Source: the human T2T-CHM13v2.0 reference genome, Homo sapiens. Taken from it: DNA of 64,000 nucleotides. Positions within the stretch are counted from its first letter, which is position 1. The number at the start of each line of letters is the position of its first letter. The stretch lies in the NCBI RefSeq assembly GCF_009914755.1, contig NC_060940.1; one strand, written 5' to 3'. The translations under genes were made by a program, and so were the position numbers. Shown here piece by piece: positions 26,916 to 39,047 of this stretch. The notes beneath the pieces are model-generated. The model did not search any database and had not been told where the DNA came from. It saw only the letters and a program-made list of their open reading frames with translations.

Positions 26916-27540
26916 GAACAACGCTCCCTTTGGTCTCAGTTCCCAGGGGCCTTTCACAGTATGACCATCTCGCTGCACTGAGTGTAATTCATAATACAGT
27001 GTAAAATTGTATTTAGCATATTAAATTATTATATGCTAAACATTACCGAATATATTATACATTTATAAATATATTTAGGTATATTAATTTTTTGTTTTGT
27101 TTTGATTTGTTTTTTTGTACCAGGACATCAGTGAGTACAGGCTTAAACTCAGAAGTTGCAATAGGCTTTGCTACTGTTATCAATTTAGCTGAAGGACAAA
27201 TAGAGGAAATGTACCTAGCACACCATCTTAAGCTAAGTGGGAGGCTAGGCAACCACCTAAATACACATCTTTTTTTGTCCCCTCATCTATTCAGGACAAG
27301 TATAGCTACTGCACATGAGTACCAATGTGAGTTCACCATCTTTATATGGAGAACCTGCAGCCTCAGTTTGCTGCCAGTCTTTAGCCTTTCTGGTCTCATG
27401 AGTCATCCCCAAACTCATTGTTGTCCCTTTCCAGGAATAGTGTCACAGATGGGAGTTAAACAGCACACAGGTAGACATACCAACTCTGTAGTTTCAAAGA
27501 GCTGGTACTGTAAGAAGACCTGGTAGCTTTTGACTCAGTT

Positions 27541-27608
27541 CTATCTCTATCTCTATTTTTATCTATCTCTATTTATCTCTAAATCTATCTATCATCTATC
27601 TATCTATC

Positions 27609-27643
<35 letters not shown>

Positions 27644-27680
27644 ATCTATCTATCTATCATCTCTATCATTTATCTATCTA
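27541..27680 (+). repeat. complex (TCTA)n/(TCA) tetranucleotide STR
   Basis: Directly visible TCTA runs interrupted by TCA. Confidence 0.95.
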
Positions 27681-28470
27681 TGAAGAGAGATATTACCAAG
27701 CAAGTAGGCTGTGAATACCTCTGTATTTGCAATATTTTGAAGAGTACTAGCTGCTGTGAAACCTAATCTCTAAGGGAGTTGCAATTTTGCAATTAAAATT
27801 AAAAATTTAATTCTGCCAGTTAGTTCTACTGAGATTCTATCAGTAAATTTAGCCTTCAGCCTGGCCGACGAGAGGTTCTGATTTAATTGGGCAATAGCAA
27901 GATAATTTAAAGATGCATGAAGCACTGTAATGCTTCTCTGGGGAGCACATGCGATTGCTTACTTCTTTGTGCCCATTACACAGAGGCATTCGGAAAAGAC
28001 CGGTCAGAGTTTAAGAGAAAGGTGGTGCTGCAGCAGATTAAGCACTACCAGCACCGACCTGACTAGGGGCTTTGCTGGCCCTGTCATTAAGGAGCAAGAC
28101 CTACACCTGGGCTCCTGAGGCTTCCTGGCCAGGAAGATTCCTAAGACTCCTGCCCTGGGTTTTGAAGGCCCCAGCCAGCCCTAGGTTCTTACTTGTCAAA
28201 GGGCACACATAAGGATCTCAGTCCTTCACACTTGGCGGTTACTGTGGCTGTGTGTCTCGAAGATGGTCCCTGCTCGCCGCTGGGCAAGAGGCCCTTCCTA
28301 AACGTCAGTTGTCAACATGAAACCAGTTTTGTTATGGGCAAAATGGTGTTTCCTTCTCCCAGTACCAGCACTTTGCTAAACCATATGTCCACAGGCCACA
28401 CAAGTCTTATTTATTTATTTGTTTATCTTTCCAGAAATGAACTCAATGGTTCTGCTGAGACTCAAAGGCC

Positions 28471-28494
28471 AAAAAAAAAAAAAAAAAAAAAAAA
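28471..28494 (+). repeat. poly(A)24 tract
   Basis: Directly visible; no attached retroelement body recognised. Confidence 0.9.
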
Positions 28495-29702
28495 TATAAA
28501 AGCTGTAGAGTACAAATAGTCCTGTTTTAAAAGCAGGGGGGTGGGGCCCCGCCTGGAGAACAAAGCCCTACTTTGAAGACTTAGCGATTCTAATTTGGAG
28601 CCATTTCCCACTCCCAATTCCAAATCTGCATCATTAAACCATGAAAGAGTGAAGAGTAATAATTGTGAGCACGCTGAGTATTTCTTAATGATTTTCTGTC
28701 TTATACCCAAAGCAAATAAGCCAAATGCTTACTCAAAGCCTAGAGGGGGAGTAGGGTGGGACTTGGTTTTGCAATTTCTTTTTTTTTTTCTATAGTCTTT
28801 CTTCTTCCACTGAAAGTGTCTATAAAATTTTTAAAGGAAAGTAGGTTGCTAAAATGTACTTAATTTGCCATGATAGATTGAGTCCATGCTTCAGTGACTG
28901 TAATTGAATCTGTGACCTATTTCTTTAGTAAAGTAGAAATAGTCTCTGGGGTTTTTGTCACTACCATCTTTTAATGAAATTCAAAAAGACTGTCAAAATG
29001 TCTACACTTTTTCTACTGGTTGTTAATGTTATTACTTTACAATTTGTTACTTTTTAATTAATCTTAATAAATGTGTACACACTCTACCTGGTCATTGGAA
29101 ATGCTAGACATTGATTCTTCACTCTTTTAAAGCCAAGCAAAATTAACAGGACAGAAAAGGCCCGGCAGCCAGGAAAGGTCTTCATATTTGGTTGCGCTTT
29201 TAAAAATATTTTGAGGCATCAGTTTAAGGATCTGCCTCCAAGAAGAGGGGGTTGTGGAGAGTCAACAGCAAAAGGCTGAGGGGCTCTGCCTGTGGCTGTC
29301 CTCTTGATGCCACCACTAACTGCTCCCACTTTGCTTAAGGGCTGCATATGTGGCAAGCCGACAGCCTGGGGGAGCAATATTTTATTGACAAAATGTAAGA
29401 GAAAATATGTTCGGCTGCTTTTAAGCAGTGGTGTAGGAGGGTGTTACAGAACCAGATGGTCTAAGTTAGTCTTTCATTTGCCAGGATGATGGGAAAGCAC
29501 TGCCTTGCTCTGCAACTGAAATGGTGGTGGCCGCTTTGCCAATGGACGGTTGGCTGTGATTTCCAGGGACAGTTGTTCTTCCAGAAGCAAAGTGCCCAAG
29601 GCTCTGGGTGAGCTCTGAAATTCATCTCCTACGGTGTCTGGGGTGGGAGTGGGGAGAATGCCTTCAGGTCTTTGCCATGATGGTGTTAAAAGGGAAGTTT
29701 TG

Positions 29703-29830
29703 CAGCAGTTCTCAAACGTGGCCCCAGATCACAGCATCACTTAAACTATTAAATCTGAAATCTGGGGATGGGGCCCAGCAATCGGTGGCCCAGCAATAGT
29801 TCTGTTGATGACTCTTTTGTGAACCATTAG
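29703..29830. mobile_element. MER5A-like MITE, internally deleted
   Basis: cagcagttctcaaacgtgg..cagcatcact..tctggggatggggcccagcaatc..gaaccatt. Confidence 0.7.
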
Positions 29831-29944
29831 ATTAGAGAAAGGAATTAAGGTGGCTGGAGCCTGGAAGTGGGGGTAATGGATGGAAGATGAGTCACATTAG
29901 GGTCAGATTGTGAACTATCAGGAGTGCTCATGTTACCTAACTAT

Positions 29945-30275
29945 ACTCAGGACTTTTCTATCTCTTTGCCTGTGATATTCCTTTGGCTAGAAAGCATCAT
30001 CTCCCACTTCCTGTTTACCTCTTCCCTATCTCTATTTTTCAAAATGTTAGCCATTTTCCAGTGGCATTTGGAGTGTCTCTTACCCTATAGACTTTTCTGA
30101 CTACTTCAAGAGCATTTGGGCTGTCTCTTCACTGAAACCCCAAGGCTGTGACTTTTCTTGCAGCACCTAGATTTTGCTTTGTTTCTCTAGAAAACAAATC
30201 TTTTGAGGGCAGGTGGTCTGCCTGGTCATTAGTGGATGCTCATAATGCCTATTATGATGCAAGCAACACAAGAGA
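29945..30275 (+). mobile_element. L2 3' region fragment
   Basis: ttcctttggctagaa..ttttctgactac..ttgagggcagg. Confidence 0.5.
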
Positions 30276-30454
30276 TGTTAAAATGACTTTTGAAACATAG
30301 AGATTTTTATTCAGTTGAATATGTAGACAACCACCAGCTAATCTCTATTGGCTTGGTAAGTACTCCAGTTCTCCCCTTTGTCTGGTAATCAAAGTAGACT
30401 TCCACTCATGAACCAATGAATGGATCACATGGTCAGAAGGTTCTAGAAACACAA

Positions 30455-31080
30455 TGGTTCAGTTTGACACACACTTACTGAGTAGGCTGCCAAGTCTAGT
30501 GCTAAGTGCTTGGAGATAAACAAAATACAGTCCTTGTCTTTGTAAAGCACACATTTCTAATGGAAAAAGAACACATAATCAGATCATTTCAATGTCCTAT
30601 GATAAGCAGAGAGCTACGCACAAAGACTGATGTGAGCACAAAGCATGACCTCCCTCAGATACCACTCTGGAATTACAAACAAAGGTTTACTGTAAAAAAA
30701 AAAAGTATGAGTTAAATCTTGAAGAATGAGGAAGAATAGCAAGGAAAAGAGAGTATAGAAGGAAGTTCTAATAAAGAGAACAGCACAAAGGCATGGAGGT
30801 GTAAACAGTGTCTTTGTAAGAGGGGGAGGGCCTTATGAATGGTGTGTACTCTGGCATTGGTAGACCATAAATTTCTAGTTGGAGACTAGCAGAAGGCTAT
30901 GTTGCAGAGCAGGGAACCAGTCATAGAGGGTGTTGTAGTCCATGCTAGGAAATTTGGAATTTATTCTGGAAGACTTAGAGAATAACAGGAGTAGTGGTTA
31001 GATTTGCATTTTAAATAGATCATTCTGGCTCCAGAGGGAGGAAGGGTTCAAGGGGATGAGGCTGGATGGTGACAAGAGAG
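30455..31080 (-). mobile_element. L2 3' region
   Basis: cacttactgag..gtgctaagtgctggagata..aatcttgaagaatgag..aggaaatttggaatttattctg..agatttgcattttaaatagatcattctggct. Confidence 0.8.
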
Positions 31081-32673
31081 GACAAGATGAGCCCTGGGCA
31101 TTTGCAGATTTCCCCAGGGACACAAAGTAGCATTCACTCTCAAATCAATGACAACAATGAGTTCTTTCTCATTAGGAGGAAAACCTAAACAGAGTACAAG
31201 TCTGAGTGAGACGCGGCAGGCCTTGCTCCTGGTAAATAGAAGGATAGCCAGGCTGGTTTGGATAAGAATAAGCTCATCTTGTATGAGTGGCCACTCTGCC
31301 CCACCTCATTTGATTAACAAGAATTTCCAGACTGTGGACTTGAACCTAACAGACCATGATGGCTTGAACAGGCATTCATCAATCACTATATCTCCCCAAA
31401 CCTCCAGACAGACTGACTTGGAGTGATAACAATTCCCTCTCTCATTCTTGCCATCTACACATTTATAATTTCCTAGTACATTTCACTTGATCAGCCAAAT
31501 AGCCATTTTTTTACATACTTTCCTATAGCAAATGCTGGAAAGAAAAAGAGGTGTTTTCACCTGCCTGTTCTTCATAACTACATGCAATAATAATCACAGC
31601 ACTGGCATTGCTGCTGAGTAATTTAAAGTCCCAAAGGCAGTTTGTTCCCATAATCAGGCCCCTGAGGTCCTAGGTGTGTGGAGAGAGAAAAGAAAAATCC
31701 TGAAGAATCTCATCACTCAATGGAAAACTAACATTTAAAATGTTTCTTATAGGATTTTGTGGTTTAGAAAATACTCATCACCTGCATTGTCCTAATGATT
31801 TATGATGAGTGGGATCATAATTTGTGAGTGCTGGTGTCCTCTGCAGGAACACAGGCTTAACATCTTGTTCAAGGGTACCAGTTGGTAAGCTCCAGAATTT
31901 AAACCTAGGACATGGATTCTACTGCCTTACTCTGCTCTTCACGTCACACTGGAGCAGAATAACTTGACTCAGGATGGTTGGAGAAAGAGAGGTGGAAGAA
32001 GGCTGAGAAAAATAGTGAAGATGGAAGACTTTGTTTTGGGATCTTTCAGAATCTCTACTCTCAAGTGGTCCATTTTCTTGGACTACTATCCAGAGATAAG
32101 ATGAGAATAAAGAGACAAAAAAAATTGACTTCCTATTTAATCAGTGAGAAACCCCACTACCTATTCAAATTCTAGTTTAGCTTCAAGACCTAGCACAGAC
32201 TCGTAAACCTTCTTTCACTATTAGAGCTTTCAGTCACTTACTTTTCCTTAGAACCTATGGAAAGAGATGGCAGACAATCCAGCATTTAATGACATCCTGC
32301 CACTTGCTGTTTACTGTTAGCTGTGCTTCATCAACAATACTAAAACCTCTGCTATACAGAAAAATAAATCCACCAGAGTGGTTGAGTCTTCCAGATAACT
32401 GATGGTTTTCTTTCTTAGGCCCGAGCATTTTTAAAAGTGCAAATATTTTGGCAGGAAGCACATTTATGGTATATCTTATACGTCTCTGTCTTTTTAAACA
32501 TGTTATGCTAAGCATGTTTTTGCCATCCATTATTGCACTGTGCCTTATTACTGGGTATCCCTGTACTTAATGCCCTGATAGTCTGAAGTGTATTGTCTTT
32601 TATCTATTTGTTTTTCAAATCTCCTCTTACTGGGGAGGCTTTCAGCCATTACTGTGCCTCCAATGGGAATCTT

Positions 32674-32935
32674 ATTTTTTTTTTCCTTCACTCTGACACG
32701 ATCTCAGCTCACTGCAAACTCTGCCTCCTGTATTCAAGTGACTCTCCTGCCTCAGCCTCCTGAATAGATGGGATTACAGGAGCATGCCACCATGCCGGGC
32801 TAATTTTGTATTTTTAGTAGAAATGGGGTTTCACCATGTTGGCCAGGCTGGTCTCAAACGCCTAAGCCCAAGTGATCCACCTTCCTAGGCCTTCCAAAGT
32901 TTTGGGATTACAAGTGTGAGCCTTCGTGCCCAGCC
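32674..32935 (-). mobile_element. AluS with deletion near the 3' end
   Basis: Antisense Alu lacking the cccaggctggagtgcagt block; TSD TCCAATGGGAATCTT (32659-32673) / TCTAATGGGAACCTT (32936-32950). Confidence 0.95.
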
Positions 32936-35015
32936 TCTAATGGGAACCTTCTCTCACCTTCCAACTCACTGCTCCTAAAGCATCATGAACTGGGAAATCG
33001 GAAAGTCATGATTGTTAAACACATGGGCAAAGTATGAGTAAACAGGTCTCCAGTCAGGGCCAGAGGAACAATTTCCATTATTTGGGATGATCAAAGGTTT
33101 GATCAAAGATTCATATCTCTTAACTATTTTTAGTTGGAGAAATTTCCTGAATAGCTGAGCTCTGAATAGGGGAAATGTTTCTGGCGGTAAAATTCATCAG
33201 GTAATGTTTTTACAGTATCCAACTCAGTGCCGAGGGCACAGCAGACACTAAACAAGGGCACAGCAGACACTGAACAAGTTACTTGGTGACTACAGTGTCC
33301 TCAACTGCAAAAAGTGTCCAATAATGACCAATAGAGTATTTGCATCACCTGCTATTTTGATTGCCCTCAAGATTTCAGGCAGCATCATTTTGATATGGTA
33401 TCTTTGTAAGCAAACTTAAATTCTCTTTGGAACATGAGTACGTGTAAGCAAAATGATGTGGTCCAACTAACTTTGAATAAATAGTGCTGCAACATCCAAA
33501 GACACAATGGATTGAGTAACCTCTAAATCAACTGCCCTTATAAATGAAGATAGTCAGTGTTAAACTTAAAAAAAATCTGAATGAATATGCATATTATACT
33601 TAAGATTGTTCTGGTTAATGTAAAGAACAACTGAGGAAAAGAATGAAACTGAAAAAAGAAAATGACATCCAAACCTTTCTTCAGACAGACAACCTCTGTG
33701 TCAGTTTTCAGGGTTCGTCATACTGTTTAATTTCAAATCTTTATGGAGAGGATATGGGGGGAATATCAATAAATGGCTCAAGAATAATTTTTCTTGTTCT
33801 GTTTTACTTTATTACATCATTGTATCAAGCGTAGGGTATCAGTGAGTTTTGGAAATTATGCCACCCAGACAAACCAGTGCAGTGATGACGATGGAGATTT
33901 CTGGCTCCTGTAGTCTTTGCCCACCCTCCTCTGAACCTGCTTTTTAGAATTTTAGAAGAATTGAGAGGAACTCTAGAAACTACAGCTTTGACCATTCAAA
34001 GGCTATCATCTGGGAAGTTTTAATGGCTACATGGCTAGACTATCATATTTTTGCCCCAAGCTACTAATTGAGTCTCAAAGGTAGCATTCAGCATCCTTTC
34101 CTACCGAGATCTCATTATGCACGTGTAATGTGAGTAAACAATGAGATTCTATTAAATTACTTTCCTCCCCTTAAATTAGCCTTAATACAGAAAGGGAGGA
34201 GACAGTGTGCTTATTCTTACAGAGATCAAGTAATTAATTTTGTAGGTTCTATGAAATATTGAAGGAAATCATGCAAATGAATTTGCAAACAATTAGAGCA
34301 GAAACTACTCAAATATGTGTATTTATGGAAAAAAGATATAAAGTGAATACAGATCAGTTCATTAGTCTCATGGAGTTTCTTCATCATGGTAAGAGTGTTG
34401 TACATGTGACTAAAGTGCTAAATAAAATTTTAGATAGATGTTTATTAATTGCTAGATGTTGACTTTTACTTTTAAAATCACTTTCAGAAATTCTAACATT
34501 GTGTTCGGTTACCATTTTAGTCCAATCTCATACCTAGAAGAAATTGTGTTCATAACCATAATACGCTCCCCTCCTTTATTTATATAGAATTTCAGGGTTT
34601 TCAACTTACTTCATAATCCAGGGACATTACAAGCACCTCAGTTAGAAATGCTATATTTTTGCAAAGCAAAGCTTGAAACAAAAATATTTTGTGGTTAAAC
34701 ATTCATTAACTAGAAAATGTAACCCACACAAAAAGCACAAACCCAGAGCATATCAGATAATCAAGGTTTAATCAAGGTTTATTGTAGTATCTATTATTTA
34801 AAACTAGAAGCTAAATACATAAGAGCATCTCTCTGGTTTTGTGCTTCAAATATTTATACACATGTTTCCAAATGCTCCAGCATTAGCATTAGGGAAATAT
34901 AATTTACAGAAGGAAATATCTACATATTGCTCCTGTCAACTTCTGGGTATTTTCCCCACAATCGTTTGAAATCACTTGAAATTAGTCTTGTCAGCATCCA
35001 ACCTTGACCCTAGGA

Positions 35016-35210
35016 CAGGGTTTCTTCTCCTTAGCACTATGGACATTGTGGACTGCATAATTCTTTGTTGTGGCAGTGGCTGTCCTGGGCATTGTAGGAT
35101 ATTTAGCAGCATCTTTAGCCTCTACCCATAATAAGTCACTAGCATTTCTATAGGTGCCAGTAGCATGTCTCTAGATATTGCCAGATGTCCCCGGAAGAAC
35201 AAAAATTTCT
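35016..35210 (-). mobile_element. MER20 hAT-Charlie MITE
   Basis: gcactatggacatt..ataattctttgttgtgg..ctgtcctgggcattgtaggatatttagcagcatc..agatattgccagatgtcccc. Confidence 0.85.
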
Positions 35211-35234
35211 GACACAAAATAATGACTAAAGACA

Positions 35235-35505
35235 TGACATCAGAGATCTATGGCACAATAAAGAGAGCTCCAACATGTATAGTGACTGGTAGCTTATGGC
35301 GTGGGGAGGGATGACAGAAAAAGAAATTAAAATACATGATTAGAAGATTCCTGAATTAAAGGAAAGAAACACTTAATTGAGAATAGAAAGGCCTGTTCAC
35401 ATCCTGAAGAAACACCAAGATGTAGTTTGGTAATAAACTTCAAGGATTAAAACAAAACAAAACAAAGATACAAAGGAGAAAAATATTCTGCCTCAGACTT
35501 AACCA
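35235..35505 (+). mobile_element. ancient L1 ORF1/HAL1-like fragment
   Basis: ctccaacat..ttcctgaattaaagga..tagaaaggcc..caaaggagaaaaat..gcctcagactt. Confidence 0.5.
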
Positions 35506-35639
35506 AATAAATGCGATAAGATTATCAAAAAAAATTTCTGTTTATTTGGGTGAGTTACCAAAATGAGGCATTCTTCTTTGCTTAAGAAGTGGGGCCCATG
35601 ACACAGGGGGAGACTCTACTTTGTTAGATCGCTGCTCAA

Positions 35640-36190
35640 ATTCTGGACCACAAACTTGGGCATTGGTGGTCGTTTTCTATTCCTAGTGGATACCCCCAGT
35701 GGATTCACTCATTAGAGGTTGTCTGAATGCGTATTATTTCCCAGGAGCATGTCAATTACCCCACTCTCTTACCAACAATGCTTTTATATATGGCCGGAAG
35801 TGTCCATTTTTATCTTCAATAAATTTTAATATTTACTAAGCTTGTATCTTCACTCGTTAGGAAAGAGCAGGCTTTTGTTGATTAATTGCGCATTCCTTCT
35901 TCTTATATATTGCCTCAGTGCATGTTGCCCATTTTCCTACCATTTTCTTTATTTTTTAAGTTGGACTGCAGTTGCTCTTTGTGAACTGTCAGATGCGTTG
36001 AGAGAATGGGCTTCTCCGGAGTGTATTTTATCTTTTGAATTTGTTTCTGGTGTTTTGCTGAACCAAAGGTTTTCATTTGAACGCGTTCAAATCCTTCAGA
36101 CTTCTCCTTCACAGCCTCCGGGTATCTCATCTTCCTTGGAAAGGTCTTTATATCACTCTGGGATTATGATATTCTTATACTTTCAGTATT
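35640..36190 (-). mobile_element. ancient L1 (L1ME-like) ORF2-end fragment
   Basis: ttgcccattttcct..tttatcttttgaatttgtttctggtgttttgctgaaccaaaggtttt..ggaaaggtct follows antisense L1 order. Confidence 0.55.
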
Positions 36191-36994
36191 AACATGGCTG
36201 AACCGCAACCGATGACAGGAAATCGGATGCTTCTGACCCAGTGAGCAGAAGAACCCTGGGAAAAGGATGACATTTTTTTCAAAGGGCTAAAAATATAAAA
36301 CATACAGACCAAACAGCAGAAAACTGAAAATCCAAGGTCTAAGGCAGCGCTTCTTGCCTACTTGTAATTTGTGAACTGATAGAAAGGACACAGAAACATA
36401 CCTTAAGGTCCACTATCAGTTATGCTGCCTTATGGTATATTATGCATGCGTGTCTGCACATGTATATACACAAAGTTGGCAAGTTAATGATGTAAATAGG
36501 CTCTTCTACATGCCTAGAAAGAGAAGAAACTCTGACTAAGCCCATAATTCTTTCCAATTTGGCATTCTTCTAAGTACCCAATACCAACATCCCATGGTAT
36601 TCATCATCAACTGGGACTCTCAGATTAAACTTTTTTGATTCTGAAATTTTATAACCATCTACTCTATTCCCCCTTCTTTCCCCAATAGTCTAGTAAAAGC
36701 CCAAAATAGAGACTTTTCTAAACTACTGCTCCTGATCTCAACCCCCTACCCTACCTCCCTGGATTAAGTTCCTCTTGATTGATGGAGTTTGGTTGTCTGG
36801 ATTCTGCAAGCTCAGCTGTCCCAATTTATAGTCTGGCTCCAAGCCCCACCCACTGCTGAATGACCAGGGGCAGTGTGATGTTGAACCTAAAGGTCTCTAT
36901 TGTGACATACGTAGCTGGTACAAAAGAATGTTTGCTTGCCCTCTTGAAGGTCTTGAACACTGCTGGAAGCCTACTAGATATTTAATGTAATCAC

Positions 36995-37160
36995 CATGAT
37001 AATGGCTAAGATTTATTAAGCATCTGCTATGTGCTTTATGGTGCTAAGAACTTCTCATGTATTTACTCATTGAATCTTCACAAAAACCTTATGAAGTAGG
37101 TAAAATTATTATATTATCATTCCCCAATTTAGAGTATAAGTTAATGAAAGTCCCAAATAA
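36995..37160 (-). mobile_element. MIR SINE
   Basis: atggctaagatttattaagcatctgctatgtgc..gtgctaag..tcattgaatcttcacaaaaaccttatgaagtaggta. Confidence 0.8.
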
Positions 37161-37827
37161 AAATAACTCAAAAAGCCTTTTCCAAAAAAAGGGAGAGGAT
37201 CCATTTGATCCATTGTAAGAAATTCTGTGATAGTTATTTATGTTAAACTTGGCTACCCCAAGCAATGAATGACACAGTGATAAAACAGACTCTTGTCTGG
37301 AGCTTTTCAAACTGTAAATGATTAATAATGTTCATTTCTTACTAAATGCCTTGAAGAAAGCAGTGCCCCTTCATGAGGGAGATAAGGTATACATAGAAAG
37401 TAGCAGAGAGTGGAATAAAAGGCAGGGTAAATCACTTTAACACTTGCAAATAAGAGAATTCACCAAGGAGGGCTTGGAGGCTGTTAAGATTTCCTCTAAG
37501 ACAAGTCTCACCTTACATCACCACTGGGTATTTCCTAAGGCAGGGATTTCACCCATTCCATCTTTGGACTAGCAGTGTCTGTCTCAGGGGAATGAAGAAG
37601 AGTGGGAGGGATGATCCCATCTCTAGTCTTCACATGGACTAGAAATAAGTGTTGTGACATAAGAGCTTGTGAAATTTCTTTAATTCCCCCAATATTATCA
37701 CTGTTTGGTTCATGTTCTTATACTATGCTAATTTTCCTATAGGAAAAAACAGTAAGACACTCAAAAGAAACCATTTGCTGGTTTTGAGAGGCAATAGAAA
37801 GGGTCAGGTAGATAATTCTGTATCTAG

Positions 37828-38440
37828 TGCCTTCATTTTCTGTTACTACATAATGAATGACTACAAACTTAGTGGTTTAACACCATAAATTCATTATCTC
37901 ACAGGTTTTGTGGGTCAGGAGCCTGACATGTTTTAGCTGGGTACCCACAAAGCTGAAAACAAGATGTTGGTCATTTACATAATCATCTGGAGACCAACCA
38001 GATAAATGTCCACCACCAAGCTCCCCCAGATTGTTGGAATAATTTATTTTCTTGTGACTGTATGACTGAGGTTTCCATTTTCTTGCTAGTTGTTGGCCAG
38101 GGACTTCTCTCAGCAGCTAGAGGTTGCTCTCAGGCTCTTGTCACTTGGCCCTTTGCACAGGTAGTTTAGCATGTGACTGTTTAATCCTTCAAGACAAGCA
38201 GAATTTCTGTTTCTTTCTTTATAAATGTCCTGGCCTTTGAAGAACTCATTTGATTAGATGAGACCCATCCATGATAATCTTTCTTGTGATTAACTCAAAA
38301 TCAACTTCTCTGGGACCTTAATTACGTCCACAGAATCCCTTCACCTTTATCATAGTATGCAACCTAATCATGAGAGTAAACAGCGCGAACACTAGGGGGG
38401 CAAGAATTGTGAGAGGCATCTCAAAATTCTGCCTACCATG
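37828..38440 (-). mobile_element. MaLR solo LTR, MLT1E-like
   Basis: ctacaaacttagtggtttaa..attatctcacag..gggtcaggag..cagattgttgg..gggaccttaattac..aattctgcctacca. Confidence 0.8.
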
Positions 38441-39047
38441 GCTGTGGACCCAGAACTTTATTAGGGATTAGAGGATGCACCATGAGAAAGCAACTCAAAT
38501 CCTTGAGGAATGCAGAGAGAAGGCATAAGGACATAAGGGAGGTGGTGGCCTGGAATGAGACAGACAAAACTGTGTTTGCCTGCCAAAGGTGTCCCTGCTG
38601 TATCTGGAATGCTTCACTAGAAGCAGAAGGAGGAGGGAGCTGCAGGAAAAGTTGAATATTTATAACTTTCAGACTAAGGTTTTCTTCTATATCTGGCCAC
38701 TCATCCTAAGAAGAGGAACCACATCACTGGCTGAGCCCAGACCTAGGAGGGCAGGTTATCTTATCTTGCATTGCAACTCTGATCAACTGATAGAGTCTGC
38801 ATGCAGTGTCACCTTGAGAAATATTCTGAGACTGTGTTGTGGTTCAGCAGGAAAGAGTGTTGTGCTTGATTAGCTATGTCTTTCATGAACTCTGGATGGT
38901 GAATGGAAGTATGTTGAACAAGTACTGGTTATTCATGACTTAGACTGTACACATCACCCGAAGACATCTCAACAAATATTAAAACAAAATACAAATGCTT
39001 AGGAATATACACTGTATAGAAAAGAGATGACCTTTATAAGATTGTTT

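Noticed and set aside
27012-27040. Small hairpins (27012-27040; 58582-58607)
   Set aside because: Stems of 10-11 bp are too short for pre-miRNA and are expected occasionally in AT-rich DNA
27092-27526. 144-aa ORF
   Set aside because: TTG start in a T-rich tract, no recognisable homology or exon structure
33233-33276. Short tandem duplications (22 bp here; 11 bp at 34759; ~14 bp at 16149; ~11-12 bp pairs at 61240-61285)
   Set aside because: Two-copy slippage events, common neutral indels
38388-38404. CTCF-like ACACTAGGGGGGCA in MLT1E (also CCACCAGGGGTG at ~25850)
   Set aside because: An extra G or missing GGC breaks the core register; unsupported without ChIP data
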